Assembly (NCBI GenBank): GCA_000004985.1
Contig: GG738849.1
Direction: 5' to 3' (one strand)
DNA from: Naegleria gruberi
Taxonomy: Eukaryota
DNA length: 64,000 bases
Every line of letters begins with the position of its first letter. Within the stretch, counting starts at the first letter, position 1. Below the pieces are notes generated by a model that had not been told where the DNA came from, did no database searches, and saw only the letters and a program-made list of their open reading frames with translations. Position numbers and translations under genes: made by a program. This document shows, one piece after another, positions 10,474 through 23,452 of the stretch.

Positions 10474-13400
10474 ATGGATCGTTTATTGGAACTTCAGTTG
10501 GTTTCTAAAGTTTGTAAAGAACTTGAAACCCACATTGGATCAGGCGAGAAGGCTCTTGCTGAATTTGTTATTCATCTTGCTCGGGAGGAATCAAAGACTG
10601 CAGAGGATTTTTATAATAAATTAATTGATAATGAAGCTGAATTACCGAGGGATTTTGTGGAGACTTTATTTGCCATGATACACAGAATGTCATCCAAGAC
10701 ATCTGGAAAGTTTACAAGTGCAGGAAAATACTCTACAACGTCATTGACAAAATCGGAGGAAAAAATTGAGAATGATAAGGAGGTCGTAACATCATCTTCG
10801 ACACAGATTAATGATCGATTGCATTCATTGGATAAAAGTATAAAGGAAGAAATGGAAGAAAAGATTAGGAAAAAGATAGATTCAAAGAAGAAATTTCCAG
10901 GATTATGCCTTCCTGATAAATTACCTGATCAATTAGAATCATCTAAGAGCCAACCATCGTTGTCATCATCAAAAAGCGATTCAAGATCTATTCCATCTCA
11001 AGACGATAGAAATAGAAAAAGAAGAGAATATACAGACAAAATCGAGGCTAATCAAATTTATAGAGCCAGAGTTTCAGGGTTGAAAAATTATGGATTCTTT
11101 GCGAGATTAGAGGAAACCATAGATGGTGTAATTGTAAAGGGAAATAAGGATGGCATGTGTCACATTAGCGAAATTAGTAATGAAAAGAAAGTATCAAAGG
11201 TAGATGACTTTGTTGCAAAGAATGATATGGTTTGGGTTAAGGTTATCGTAGCAACTGATTCAAGAGTTTCTCTCTCAATGAAGGAAGTTGACCAAAATAC
11301 AGGAAAAGATCTCTTTCCTCGTAGAGCACTTGCAAGAGCTGGTTCCTCTGAGGATGATGAATTTTACAAATCAACCAACCACTCTGGAATATCTTCCTCC
11401 ATTTTAGATTCTAGAAGTGATTCCAGAAGGCCAACCAAAAAGATGAATCCGTATGAAATGTGGGAACAAAAACAAATTGCAGCATCTGGATTTGGATATT
11501 CTGGTCCAATGATAGATCCTGATGATGGACCTCAAAGTTATGAAGAAGTTGAAGAGGATGTTGAAATTGAGAGAAGTGAAAAGGAACCTAAATTCTTGGA
11601 GAATCAAACTTCAAAAGGTGGAATGACCTATTCACCTGTTCGTTTGACTCAAGTTAGAGATGGTACCCTCACCAGAATAGCAGAAAAACAACTCGAATAT
11701 TCGCAAGACAGAAGAGACTTGAAGGAAGAGCAGAGAGCAAAACTCCAAGGAGAAATTCAAGATTTTGAAGCTGATGATCCTCTCTTTGAATATTATAGAC
11801 GTGTTAATGAATCAACAGATTTCAGTAATAAGGGAATGGGATCAGGTGCTCCAGATTGGAAAAAATCAACCATTACTGGTGTAGCTCAAAAAAGTTCTGC
11901 AGCCACCATTAAACAACAGAGAGAATCCTTGCCAGTCTATTCTCTCAGATCAGAGCTTGCTGCTTCAATTAGTAATAATCAAATTCTTATCGTCATTGGT
12001 GAAACAGGAAGTGGTAAAACAACACAAATTACTCAATATATTGCAGAGGAGGGAATCAATGGAGGTAAAATTATTGCATGTACTCAACCTCGTAGAGTGG
12101 CTGCCATTTCAGTTGCTAGACGTGTTGCTGAGGAATTTGGATGTCGAGTTGGACAAGAAGTTGGTTACACTATTCGTTTTGAAGATTGTACATCACCTGA
12201 TACTGCCATCAAATACATGACTGATGGTATGCTTTTGAGAGAAGCACTGTTGGATCCACTATTGGAAAAATATTCTGTTATCATGTTGGACGAAGCTCAC
12301 GAGCGTAACCTTCACACAGATGTCTTGTTTGGCCTATTGAAAAAGTTAACACAAAAGAGAAAGGATTTGAAACTAATTGTAACATCTGCCACTTTGGATG
12401 CAGAAAAATTCTCCACTTACTTCTTCACATGTCCAATCTTTACAATTCCTGGTAGAACTTTCCCTGTCGAAATTTTATATACAAAGGAGCCAGAGGAGGA
12501 TTATCTTGATGCAACCCTTATTACTGTCATGCAAATTCACTTGACTGAACCAGCTGGTGATATTCTGGTCTTTTTAACCGGTCAGGAAGAAATTGATACT
12601 GCTTGTCAAATTCTCTATGAACGTATGAAAGCATTGGGAAGTGATGTTCCAGAACTTGTCATTTTACCAATTTATGCTGCCCTACCATCAGAAATGCAAT
12701 CCAAAATCTTTGACCCTGCACCACCTGGTGGCAGAAAGGTTGTTATTGCTACAAATATTGCTGAAACTTCCATTACCATTGATGGTATTTTGTATGTGGT
12801 AGATCCTGGTTTTGTAAAACAAAATATTTACAATTCCAAAACTGGTATGGATCAATTGACAGTTGTCCCAATCTCTCAGGCAGCCGCTCGTCAAAGAGCT
12901 GGTAGAGCTGGTCGTACTGGACCAGGTAAATGCTATCGTTTATATACTGAAGAAGCATACAAAAATGAAATGTTGCCAAATACTGTTCCTGAAATTCAAA
13001 GAACCAACTTGGCAAATACTGTATTGACTTTGAAGGCTATGGGTATTAATGACTTGTTGAACTTTGATTTTATGGATCCACCACCACCTCAAGCACTTAT
13101 TGCTGCTATGGAGCAATTGTACAGTCTAGGAGCTCTTGACGATGATGGTCTATTAACTAAAATGGGAAGAAAGATGGCAGAATTTCCTCTCGAACCACAA
13201 ATGGCAAAAACCCTTATTGCCTCTGTAGATTTGAAATGTTCTGATGAGGTTTTAACAATTGTTTCCATGATTTCAGTACAAGGAATTTTCTATAGACCAA
13301 AAGAGAAGCAACAACAAGCTGATCAGAAAAAGTCAAGATTTTTCCAACCTGAAGGAGATCACTTGACACTTCTTGCAGTTTATCAATCATGGGAAAGAAG

Positions 13401-13893
13401 TAATTTTTCTGTTCCTTGGTGTTTTGAAAACTTTATCCAATCCAGATCAATGAAAAGAGCTCAGGATATTCGAAAACAATTATTAACAATTATGGACAGA
13501 TATAAATTGCCAGTCATTACATGTGGAAAGAACTTTACCAAGATTAGAAAGGCTATTGCCAGTGGATTTTTTGCCCATGCAGCCAAGAAAGATCCACAAG
13601 AAGGATACAAGACACTTGTTGAAAACCAACCTGTATATGTGCATCCAGGAAGTGCTCTATTCCACAAGAATCCTGAATGGGTTGTTTACCATACCTTACT
13701 ATTGACAACTAAGGAGTATATGCGTGATATTATTACCATTGAACCAAAGTGGTTGGTTGAATTGGCTCCAAACTTTTACCGAGTTCACGATGATGCTTAC
13801 CTTTCTAAGAGAAAGAGACAAGAAAAAATTGAACCACTTTATAACAAGTACGGCGATGATCCTCTCCAATTACTAAAGCGAACAAAGAGATAA
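10474..13893 (+). CDS. DHX8: DEAH-box pre-mRNA splicing helicase PRP22/DHX8 with an N-terminal S1 domain.
   Basis: An S1-like region ([26 protein letters not shown]), [31 protein letters not shown] and [20 protein letters not shown] motifs, plus HA2/OB C-terminal regions. Single exon of 1139 aa. Confidence 0.9.
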   Translation: MDRLLELQLVSKVCKELETHIGSGEKALAEFVIHLAREESKTAEDFYNKLIDNEAELPRDFVETLFAMIHRMSSKTSGKFTSAGKYSTTSLTKSEEKIENDKEVVTSSSTQINDRLHSLDKSIKEEMEEKIRKKIDSKKKFPGLCLPDKLPDQLESSKSQPSLSSSKSDSRSIPSQDDRNRKRREYTDKIEANQIYRARVSGLKNYGFFARLEETIDGVIVKGNKDGMCHISEISNEKKVSKVDDFVAKNDMVWVKVIVATDSRVSLSMKEVDQNTGKDLFPRRALARAGSSEDDEFYKSTNHSGISSSILDSRSDSRRPTKKMNPYEMWEQKQIAASGFGYSGPMIDPDDGPQSYEEVEEDVEIERSEKEPKFLENQTSKGGMTYSPVRLTQVRDGTLTRIAEKQLEYSQDRRDLKEEQRAKLQGEIQDFEADDPLFEYYRRVNESTDFSNKGMGSGAPDWKKSTITGVAQKSSAATIKQQRESLPVYSLRSELAASISNNQILIVIGETGSGKTTQITQYIAEEGINGGKIIACTQPRRVAAISVARRVAEEFGCRVGQEVGYTIRFEDCTSPDTAIKYMTDGMLLREALLDPLLEKYSVIMLDEAHERNLHTDVLFGLLKKLTQKRKDLKLIVTSATLDAEKFSTYFFTCPIFTIPGRTFPVEILYTKEPEEDYLDATLITVMQIHLTEPAGDILVFLTGQEEIDTACQILYERMKALGSDVPELVILPIYAALPSEMQSKIFDPAPPGGRKVVIATNIAETSITIDGILYVVDPGFVKQNIYNSKTGMDQLTVVPISQAAARQRAGRAGRTGPGKCYRLYTEEAYKNEMLPNTVPEIQRTNLANTVLTLKAMGINDLLNFDFMDPPPPQALIAAMEQLYSLGALDDDGLLTKMGRKMAEFPLEPQMAKTLIASVDLKCSDEVLTIVSMISVQGIFYRPKEKQQQADQKKSRFFQPEGDHLTLLAVYQSWERSNFSVPWCFENFIQSRSMKRAQDIRKQLLTIMDRYKLPVITCGKNFTKIRKAIASGFFAHAAKKDPQEGYKTLVENQPVYVHPGSALFHKNPEWVVYHTLLLTTKEYMRDIITIEPKWLVELAPNFYRVHDDAYLSKRKRQEKIEPLYNKYGDDPLQLLKRTKR

Positions 13894-14002
13894 TAAAAAC
13901 AATCTTTGGATTTATTTAACTTACATTATTGAGCTCAATGCTTTTTTTTGAGTTTAGGTTTCACTGTGATAATCCCTTTGCCAAAATTGAGAGTGAAACA
14001 CA

Positions 14003-16327
14003 TTAGAGAATGTTGCAAGAAGATGCCTTTTCAGATTCAGTTGGTGGGACTCCACTACTCCTGCGTACTCTCTTTGGATTGTTATTTTGGGAAGGTGAGG
14101 TGTTTGCTGCATTTCGTGATGGTGTGGTTTGTTCTTCAACTTCTTCATTCTTACGCTTTTTAGAGTTTTCATCTTCCATTGCCAAAGGCACTAGAGAAGC
14201 AAGTTGTGAAATAGTTGGAAGTATTTTTCCTTGTTGTGCTTGGGCATAGGTCATAATGGTCACACCCTTTTCGAAAGCTAAAGTTTTCATTCCTTCATTA
14301 TGGCATTCCATTTGATTCATGACATCTCTGTTACATGATAAAACTGATGCCTTGTTTGAAAGCTTGACCCAACAATACTTGGCATTTATCCAAAAAATCT
14401 TAATCATACCGTACCTTGAGAACGCATCCTTAATATGTTCATTAGTAATTTCCTGTGTGAGATTAGTTAAGAGGAAGACATCAGATCTATCTTCAGATGG
14501 GTTAGTCTTTAAAAGTTTCAAATTCAAATCACAATTATGGATATTAATAATGTTTGTCATTTCCTTGATGTGAGTCAAATCGGCAATTCCTTTAAAATTC
14601 TTATTATTTCTGTTTGTTGCAATCATGTGGCTAATTCTGTAAAATACATAACCAGTCATGAAAGCATCAAATGCAGCAACGTGATCGAAATCCTTGATGG
14701 AAGAATAAAACTCTGTGAAGTTTTCAAAAACTGGACCATCTGTGTTGTTATTATTGAGTGTATATTCAAAAGCGGTTCTCAGAGAGGTGTCTCTGCCAAG
14801 AGCTGAAGAAATTTGAGGATAAGTCTCACAGATATATTTGGTATCTATTACACTGTTAAAATGGTTTGAATAATTGTATTATTGGGTATTTTGTAAATTT
14901 TGTTATAAAAACTTACTGTTCAAAATTCTCTCTAACAATAGTCTTGAATTGTTCTGAAGACTCTGGAAGTGGTTGTATAAATTTGTGAACAATGTGCATC
15001 ATATCCAGCATGGCATTATGGCCAATAAAGAATAAGTGTTTGTGTTTTTTCAATTCTCTGATAATTCTTGAAAATCCAATATCTCTATTTACAGCCTCTC
15101 TGATTTCTCTTTGCATCTTTTCTTCTTCACTTTCTCCACTAGCTCTCTGTACTCGAATAAATGCTGTTCTATTGTTGGCGTAAATAGTTGTAAGGGTAAT
15201 CCTATTTTCATAACTATATAAATTATTGTCACCGAGTTAAAAATTGCAATTAACATACATTTCTCCAAATTCTTGGAAGAGCAACTTTCTTTCAAAAGTA
15301 TTGCAAGGATCCAAGTTAATATCATCATCTTCTGAATTATCAAACCATTCAGCAACTCTACTTTTACAATTTTCCAAAAATTCACGTTGTTCTGGTTTTA
15401 AATTTTCAACTTGAATCTTATCTCCACGATCAGACTTTCTTCTATTGGTAGCAGAAGCAGCCTTTTGCTTGGTAATTCTTGTGACATTTTCTCTGATGGC
15501 TTCTTCTTCATCCTCATTCATATAACTGATACCTTGACCGATTACCTTATTGATATCCATCTTGTTATTGACTAAAAATTGAAGACAAGTGTTTTGACAT
15601 GAAAATACATTTGCTGAACGAGTTGGTGATTTGAAAACGTAGAAATTATATGGCTTAGCTGTGACTGTAGTAGTGGTCTTTTTGTTCATTGATGATTTTA
15701 TAAGTCTTCTTAATCTCTCTGCTTGGTCAATAATTTCGTCATCTTGCATAGAGTCGGTAGCTGGTTGTTCTTCTACAACATCCTTAACAAACCACAAACA
15801 GAGACCAACTTGAATAACTTCAAATGCTTTAACACTATCTTTCAATTTAAGATATCTATCCTCAATAGTATCAATGTACATTAATTTATGTTCCTCACTG
15901 AAAAAGATCAATATTAAAGATTATAATAAACATACTCTACTTCTAATCCGGTCATTTCAAGATCAAAACTGATAAATGCAGTGGTAGGAAGAAGTTCTTG
16001 AATTTCTTGAAACTTTTCATCGAAATTTAATCTAGTAACATCAATGATTGATGATGATGGTTTTTTAACAGGTTGCTCCTTTCTCAAGTTTGTTGCCCTT
16101 TCCAAGGCAATTTTGTTAGCAATATCTTCAACTTCCTTTTTAATTTGTTCCGAAGTTTTACTTGATGAATTATTTTGTATTGTTTCCGTTTCATTATTTG
16201 TAGTAGTAGTGGTTGTATTAGCAATTGTTGTTGTGCCATTCATTGGTTCAGAAACCATTGTTGCTGATGTTTCCAAATTTATTGCTGTTGTTGCACTCTG
16301 ATCAGGGAGATGTGCTGTATTCTCCAT
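14003..16327 (-). CDS. PARN: Poly(A)-specific ribonuclease PARN (CAF1/DEDD family). Four exons: 15936..16327, 15259..15897, 14917..15213 and 14003..14852. The third exon may instead start at 15201 if the alternative acceptor is used.
   Basis: Exon 1 contains the FDLEMTGL DEDD motif. The next exons contain PYNFYVF, LDPCNTFERKL, GHNAMLDMMH and DAFMTGYVF, in PARN order. The RRM-like C-terminus runs WINAKYCWV. Introns: 15898..15935 (GTATGT..TCAG, 38 nt), 15214..15258 (GTATGT..ATAG, 45 nt; an alternative acceptor gives 57 nt) and 14853..14916 (GTAAGT..ACAG, 64 nt). All preserve the frame. Confidence 0.8.
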
Positions 16328-16761
16328 GAATGGTTGCTTCCTCTGTTGCTACCACTGTTTGTTCTAATTCTGAAGGGAGTGCTTCCTGCTTTTCAGTAGG
16401 GGTGTTGGCAACAACTTGAATAAAATCAACGTTGAGAGGGAGAGGTTCACCTCCATTATTATTATCACTCATTTTTTCAAAATAAATTTATTATCAAAGC
16501 CAATAGTTACTTGTTATATGATTCTTCATCAAATAATTGCACCATCGGATTAGATTGATAAATTGTTTGATCAATTAGCTATGAACTATTTGATGAAAAG
16601 AACAATCTTGCAATAAAAGAAATGATGAAAATAATTTTATTGTTGTGCTTCAACTTGTTTTTTGATAAGAGAATAAAAAATAATTTGCATTTTCGTTCAA
16701 CAAAAAAAAACCTTTGTGCATCAACAACATTCTTTTGTGTCTTCATTATTAAAACAAGAAA

Positions 16762-18698
16762 ATGAATCACAAGAGACTTTTGAAGGAAATTGAAACTAAA
16801 AAGAAGATTACCGATGTTAAATTCTTCAAGGATGATGATAAAAACGAGAAGGAGAAGAAAGTCTTTTCAAGTAGTAACATGAACATTGCCTCCAAGAATT
16901 ATGGTGTGCTTGTTTATGATTTGGAAGGTAAAAAATCACTTTCGGAAATTATTCAAAACTCCAAGTTGAAGGCAAAATATAACATGGATGCCAAGAATTA
17001 CTTTAACTTGATTGATGACTTGGAATTCCCAACTGCTTGTAATAATATTTGTTTAGCAGCTGATGAAAACCATTTGTGGACATCAGGTATCTACAAGCCA
17101 CAACTCCGTTGTTTTACTCTTGATGATTTGTCAATGAAATTCAAGAGACACGTAGATCTTGAAATTATTAAAATTTGTCCACTCACTTCAGATTTTAGAA
17201 AATTGGCAACTCTTTGTCAAGATAGATATATTGAAATTCATGCTCAATGGGGTAGTTACTATAGATTCAGAATTCCAAAATATGGTAGAGATTTAGTTTA
17301 TCATGACCATAGTGCAGAATTGGTTATGGTTGGCTCATCTAATGAAATTTATAGATTCAATCTTGAACAAGGCATGTTTAGAAAACCAACATTAAGTTAT
17401 ACAAATACAGAAGCTATCAATACTGTAAGAATTAACCCAGTTCACCAACTTTTTGGACTTGGGTGTGATAATGGATTTGTGGAATGTATGGATCCAAGAT
17501 CAAAGAGAATTATTGGATGTATTGATGCTTGTGGATCAATTAACACTATGCTACCATCAGAAGTATCTTCATCTTCAATAACAGCTTTCGAATTTGATAA
17601 TGATGGTATTGGATTTGCAGTTGGTACAAATGCTGGTAAAGTTGGATTATTCGATTTGAGAAAACAAGGTGCTGTCTATATTAAGGACCATAACACTGAT
17701 TTACCACTTGTTAAAATTGCTTATCATGATTCATCAAAGAATATCTTCTCTGCAGATACTCAACTTGTCAAGATTTGGGATAAATCAAATGGCAATAACT
17801 ATACAAACTTGGAATTATCGGCAAAGATTAATGATTTCTGTATAATTCCAAACAGTGGTATGATTCTTGTTGGTGGTGAAAGATCAAAGATAAAACCATA
17901 CTATATTCCAAGTTTGGGACCTGCTCCAAAGTGGTGCTCATTTGTGGATCAAATCACAGAAGAACTCGAAGATTTCAAGAAGAATACTGTTTACCAAGAC
18001 TTTAAATTCCTTACAATGGAAGAAATTCAAGAGTATGTATTTTATGAATTTTTCAATTACTTAATAATTATAGTCTTGGATTGGAAGATTTATTCGGAAC
18101 AGATCTTTTACGACCATACATGCACGGTTTCTTCATCAAGATGTCCCTCTATAGAAAGGCTCTCGAATTTAACAATCAAAAGCCAACTGAACCACAAATT
18201 GATCTTGAAAAGATTGAAAAGGAATCTGAAGACAGACTCAAGGAAGAACGTATTAAGAATCTTGTTGATTTCATTACATCTGAAGAAGGTGGTGAGGAAG
18301 TTCCAAAGAAAAAGAAGAAGGGTGCTATTTCTTCTGTCAATGACGAAAGATTTACAGAAATGCTCAATGATCCAGACTTTAAAGTGGATACTAAAGAAAA
18401 ACAAAAGAAGTTGGATGAAAGAAAGTTAAAGAGAAAGGAAAAGGTTGAAAACACTAGGCATAAGGATGATGAGTATGATGATATTGGAATTTATGGTATT
18501 GAGTCAACTCAATCACTCAATTATGACAATAGCAATATTTTAGATTTTGGTGCAAAGAGTAAGGAAGAAAGAGGAATGACATTTGAAAAGCGATTAGGAC
18601 GAAAGAATGATAAACACAACAGTGAAGATCCAGCCTCAAAGAAAAGAAAGAGAGTTAGAGGTGAAAACAAGAAAGCCAAACATGTAAAAAAGTATTAA
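16762..18698 (+). CDS. NOL10: Nucleolar protein 10 (NOL10/Enp2). Two exons: 16762..18032 and 18074..18698. An alternative ATG lies at 16879.
   Basis: Nearly colinear with NOL10 (RCFTLDD.SMKF, DRYIEIHAQWGSYYRFRIPKYGRD, IPSLGPAPKWCSFVD). The 41-nt intron 18033..18073 (GTATGT..ATAG) joins ..MEEIQ-D-LGLEDLFGTDLLRPYMHGFFIKMSLYRK, recreating the conserved NUC153 motif. Track ORF 18081..18698 is its second exon, and its 'M' is a TTG. Confidence 0.85.
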
Positions 18699-19329
18699 AA
18701 ATTTTGTTTACTATTGAGGATTTCTTCTAAATGTGGTTATTTACACCACGATTATCAATTTGTAAATATTTGAGATTTAGAGATCATTTTGTTGAGTTGA
18801 TAAAATTTATGATATATGGGAAACAAGACATTCATCAAGGATTCAATATTGGGCTGTGCAACTTGTTGAAGAGCTGCATATTTGATCTTCTACATTGCTG
18901 AGATTAACTAATTGAAGTGAGATTAAAAAGCACATAATAATCCAATCAATCACAAGTTCAAAGAGCAACCCTTTCTCACTGAATCAATCATCATTCTTTC
19001 ACAATCATACCCAACAAAATAATAATCGAGAATCAAGTCATTTTGGCAGCAAAGACACATTTACTTCTACTCTTGCTAATTTTGGATCGGTTTTCATTTA
19101 AAAAAAATTGCCTTCAACTCCTCTCATCAAAACATCTAAGAAAACTACGAATCCATCAGCAAATAGCACACGAGGCATCATTCATGATACTGTAGCACAG
19201 AAAAGCACGTAGTAGTACTAACACACAACAAAAGAATTGATTGACTATTTTAAAATCCAATACTCACACACCCTCATCAATTCTTCTCTTTAAAACAACA
19301 ACACTCTTTGATTCCGAAGCAGACATAAA

Positions 19330-21315
19330 ATGATGAATCGCACTACCAGTAGTGGAACTATTAATATTCCAATGATGATGATGAACAATAATACCGCTAA
19401 TAGTAGTATGAATAGTTTGGTGGAGAACACCTTCCACTCACCTCCAACAATGATGATGATGGGTGGTCTACCAACAACAGCAAATACCACAACTCCTTCT
19501 TCGCTGAGTAGTAATAATAGTGGTGGTAGTCTGAACAATTCAGTTCCAATACCCATTCCTTCTTCTTCTTCAACTCTTACCTTTAAACGAAAAACCTCTA
19601 ACGCCAAGTACAAGCCTGCCAATCTGAGTATTTCCTCTGTTCGAGATAGTAAGGCTTCAAAGCCTACAAAACAATTCGAAATACCACAAGAATTCTACAT
19701 GTACAATCATGCCTCCTCCGTTCCAAATCAAGGCTACATTTCGTCAGTTGATGAAAGTAATACTATGGCATCCCCTTCTCCTCACTCCTCTTCTCTCATC
19801 ACAAGCGCCCACTATCATAATAGAAGTAGTAGCCTTCAACCACAACAACCATCAAGTAGTATCAATAACTTGTTCCAAAAATCCACTCACCATCACCACC
19901 ATGGAATGGGTCAACGTCAACATACTCCATTTTCCCCGCCTTCAACTTCATCTGCCATGATGATTAATAGAAGTAGCGTATCATCAGTATCTTCTTCCTT
20001 TTCCAATTCCTCATATAATCCAATTGCCCATTCTCACTCATCAGCTGCCCATCATCACAGTAGCTCATTTGTACAAAATTCCCTTGGCCATCAATATAGT
20101 TCTGGCTATTTTAATCCTCACAGTTATGACAATAATTCCATGTGTTATTCTCTGAGCAGTAGTGTGGAGTCTAATTGTTCCTATGCTAGTCATTGTATCA
20201 GTCCTAATACCGGTTCTTTATTGTTATACGATAAATTGAATAGAAAATTCCGTAAAATTAGAGCACTTGGAGAAGGATCATCAAGTACTGTTTCTCTAGT
20301 TCAACAAGAATCCACTGGTCTCTATTTTGCAGAGAAAGTAATTGAACATTATGAAGAAAGAGAGGCCATTGTTAAGAACGAGGTCAAGTATCTTTCAATA
20401 TGCAAACCTTGTTCAAATGTAGTGACATTATTCGATTGTTTCCAAAAAGGAGATTCTATTCATCTCATTCTTGAATATATGGAAGGCAACTCTTTGGATA
20501 TTATTGCTAAACAATATAGCAAACTTTCCAAGACACAGAGGAAATCCTTAGAAGAGGAAACAGAAACTAATTCATCCCATCTTTCACCAATGGCCTTTGA
20601 TGAAGATTCAGAATTAATGACTTATGATGATGACTTGGATGATTTGAATACAGATGAGGAAATGTTCCCAATGGATACGAAATCATCAGCAAAGCCAGAA
20701 AAAAAGAAGAGTACCAGAAGAAAGCTGTTCGACGATGACGAAGAATCAGATAGTGCCAAAAATCAAAGAGATAATAAGGGTCTACCTGAGGAAATGCTTG
20801 CCTTGATGGTTGTGCAAATCACCAGAGCGTTATGCTTTTTAATGGATCACAATATTATTCACTCTGATATCAAACCAAGCAATATTCTTCTTAACAGAAG
20901 AGGAGAAGTCAAATTGACTGACTTTGGTTTGTCTACTTGTACAGAGGTTTCTCAAAATAGACTTGGCTCATTTGCTTATATGAGTCCAGAAAAGTTGCAA
21001 CACGGTAAACATAGCCACAAATCAGACATTTATTCATTGGGAGTCTCAATTTTGGAATTATCCAAATTCAAATTCCCCTTCTCTGAGAGTGGATTCCACA
21101 TGAATGAAATTCAGCATCTAGATGTAGAAAAATTTGTTGGAAATACTCACTCTCATGAATTTAAAGATTTCATTAGACAATGCATACAAATAGAACCAAA
21201 TGTAAGATTATGTGCTCATGAATTATTACAACATGACTGGTTGAGAAATTATGCAAACATGGACAATGACTTGATATGTTCAAAAATATCTAAATGGTAT
21301 AATAAATTGTCTTAG
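19330..21315 (+). CDS. Ser/Thr protein kinase, STE7/MAP2K-like, with an S/T/N-rich N-terminus and a large acidic insert in the kinase domain.
   Basis: LGEGSSSTV (Gly loop), AEK, HSDIKPSNILL, DFG, SFAYMSPE and SDIYSLGVSILE resemble the MAP2K subdomains VIb-IX. A roughly 120-aa D/E-rich insert lies between subdomains V and VI. Confidence 0.7.
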   Translation: MMNRTTSSGTINIPMMMMNNNTANSSMNSLVENTFHSPPTMMMMGGLPTTANTTTPSSLSSNNSGGSLNNSVPIPIPSSSSTLTFKRKTSNAKYKPANLSISSVRDSKASKPTKQFEIPQEFYMYNHASSVPNQGYISSVDESNTMASPSPHSSSLITSAHYHNRSSSLQPQQPSSSINNLFQKSTHHHHHGMGQRQHTPFSPPSTSSAMMINRSSVSSVSSSFSNSSYNPIAHSHSSAAHHHSSSFVQNSLGHQYSSGYFNPHSYDNNSMCYSLSSSVESNCSYASHCISPNTGSLLLYDKLNRKFRKIRALGEGSSSTVSLVQQESTGLYFAEKVIEHYEEREAIVKNEVKYLSICKPCSNVVTLFDCFQKGDSIHLILEYMEGNSLDIIAKQYSKLSKTQRKSLEEETETNSSHLSPMAFDEDSELMTYDDDLDDLNTDEEMFPMDTKSSAKPEKKKSTRRKLFDDDEESDSAKNQRDNKGLPEEMLALMVVQITRALCFLMDHNIIHSDIKPSNILLNRRGEVKLTDFGLSTCTEVSQNRLGSFAYMSPEKLQHGKHSHKSDIYSLGVSILELSKFKFPFSESGFHMNEIQHLDVEKFVGNTHSHEFKDFIRQCIQIEPNVRLCAHELLQHDWLRNYANMDNDLICSKISKWYNKLS

Positions 21316-21406
21316 TAAATTTACTTCTGAGCACATTACCAAAGCAAATAATACCAATTTTGATTGGCTTGGAGATTTTCCAAAAATATTTATTCAAATG
21401 TTTGGA

Positions 21407-23026
21407 TTACTCATCACTTGACCTTATCCATTTGACTAGCTTTTTCTCTTGAGCTGAATAGTACTTGATAAGTTTGATTCGTTTGCAGTGTTTGATAATT
21501 TGATTCTCTAATTGTACTGTATTTAATGGAACTCGAATATCAAAAACATCCAATTCTTCCAGTGTATTGTTTTTAACAGTCATGTTTCCATCAAAACAAC
21601 CATTGGAAAGATTCAATCTTTTCAAATATTTGAAATTCTCAATATCCTTCGCTAATAATTTACAAAGAGATGGTTCTATTAGGGAACGATTACCACTCAA
21701 ATCTAAAATTCTAAGGTTAGGGAAAATGAAATTCCATGAGCAGTGCAACAGTTCATTATCAGCTAAACTCAACTCTCGCAGTGAGGCATAGCATGGTGAT
21801 GAAGATTGACCAGATTTGTGCATTTGAATGAACATTGCTCTCAATTGAAAGTACAATTCTCTCACACTCTCTTGAGATAATTGGCAATCAATTAGCTTAA
21901 ATGACTTTAGGTGATTATTAAACCTAAAAAAAGGAATTACAACAAAATTAATATAATAGTTAGCTTGGTTAGAACAATTTGAAAATGTTACAGATTCCAA
22001 GTATGGAATGTAGAAAAAGTTTCTGACATTGTAAAATTGAATGGAAAATCTCTTTCTTGATGATTCATCAACCAGCTCGTCCTGCTCTTCATTTTCCAAT
22101 ATTTTCTTTCGGACTTGAATGGCAATTTGTGATGAACCTAAGGATTTTGACCTTCTTCTTATCGATTGTTCTGATGATATATTATTGAGCGATGAAGATC
22201 GACTCAAACTCGAATTAATGGTATGTACACAATTTCGCAAGTGTCTCGGTAAATTGGAGTGAATTGAAATGAGATTAGTTCTCTTCTCGAAGGATTCTAA
22301 CATTATTTCACTATCATTCTTATTTGCAAGAAATTTTTCAAATGAATGTGGACTAGAGGTTAGTAAATTGAGAAAGTCGTCGTCATTTGACATTTTCGAT
22401 CTTCTCATAGATGACCTTGGTGATTGTAAGGTCATTTCAGAATCATTTTTAGCAAATGAATCAAATCTATAAAAGGAATTATATAAATTTAACATTTGGT
22501 CAAATCCAATAAATTTTAAATGAGAATAAAAATCGAATAAAAATACACGTTGGTTTCTTTCCTTTTCGAATACTCCAAATAATTTAGATATTAAATTATT
22601 AATATTAAAGGGTATAGTCTTCGTAAGGGAATTTGAATTTGTTCGTTTGTGAATTGATTTTCTCATATTCCTGTCGAGTTGTCCATTTTCAATATCTCCA
22701 TTAAAATTATCAACTCGAAAATCATGTTGCTGCTGTGAATTATCCTTAGCCATAACATCATATAACAACATTTTTTCATACAAGTCACTATAATGAGCCG
22801 TTTCTATCAACTTTTTCGAATAGAATATAATTTCTGGAAATTTAATAAATGAAAGAATGGTCAATATTATATCAAATGGAAGCTTTCTAAAATCATCAAA
22901 ATCAATATCATATTCACTATATAATTTGTTATATATTGTTATCATATGATGAGTCGGAGCAATAAATTGACCATGTTCAAAGTAATAGATGTGCTGCATT
23001 TTTTTTAGAGTTGGATTTTGGCGCAT
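21407..23026 (-). CDS. F-box-like / leucine-rich-repeat protein.
   Basis: N-terminal LPFDIILTILSFI (F-box-like). C-terminal LRRs (LRELSLADNEL, LRILDLSGN, LKRLNLSNG). Weak, motif-level only. Confidence 0.4.
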   Translation of the reverse strand: MRQNPTLKKMQHIYYFEHGQFIAPTHHMITIYNKLYSEYDIDFDDFRKLPFDIILTILSFIKFPEIIFYSKKLIETAHYSDLYEKMLLYDVMAKDNSQQQHDFRVDNFNGDIENGQLDRNMRKSIHKRTNSNSLTKTIPFNINNLISKLFGVFEKERNQRVFLFDFYSHLKFIGFDQMLNLYNSFYRFDSFAKNDSEMTLQSPRSSMRRSKMSNDDDFLNLLTSSPHSFEKFLANKNDSEIMLESFEKRTNLISIHSNLPRHLRNCVHTINSSLSRSSSLNNISSEQSIRRRSKSLGSSQIAIQVRKKILENEEQDELVDESSRKRFSIQFYNVRNFFYIPYLESVTFSNCSNQANYYINFVVIPFFRFNNHLKSFKLIDCQLSQESVRELYFQLRAMFIQMHKSGQSSSPCYASLRELSLADNELLHCSWNFIFPNLRILDLSGNRSLIEPSLCKLLAKDIENFKYLKRLNLSNGCFDGNMTVKNNTLEELDVFDIRVPLNTVQLENQIIKHCKRIKLIKYYSAQEKKLVKWIRSSDE

Positions 23027-23452
23027 TCTTTCCTAGTCGCCAATGTTTCTTTATTCATCTTGCTATTTCCAATTGTAAGGTATGATAGATGAGTATTGAT
23101 TCGTTGCTGGATTGATTGTTTAAATGATGAACAGTTCTCTTTTGGAAGGTTACAAGAACTTGCACTATTGTATTTTTATTAATAAGAGAGATTATCAATC
23201 TTCAATTGAATGAAATTGTAGATTCAGGAAAGCAATTTACTATTCCTTTTTTTTCACGTTTCCTTATGTACCTCATGTTTAACAGTTTCTAAATATAATT
23301 CACAAGATATTGATTCTAATTCCTCTCCAATCACACATTAAAAAAAATTAATAACACGTGTGTTGATCATCTATTTATCGGAGGACACACATTCATCATC
23401 ATCACGTTTTTTAATATATTGGAGTAGTAGTAATATTAAACAAAATATTTAG

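Noticed and set aside
16330-16474. Possible extra 5' exon for PARN (MSDNNNGGEPLPLNVDF..)
   Set aside because: It is in a different frame, with no convincing donor/acceptor to join it to MENTAH. More likely 5' UTR or uORF.
18081-18698. Separate 205-aa gene
   Set aside because: It is exon 2 of NOL10. Its 'M' is a TTG, and the 41-nt intron joins it in frame, recreating the conserved NUC153 motif.
19290-19622. 110-aa minus-strand ORF rich in L/V/I
   Set aside because: Antisense to the repetitive 5' part of the kinase gene. No independent signals.
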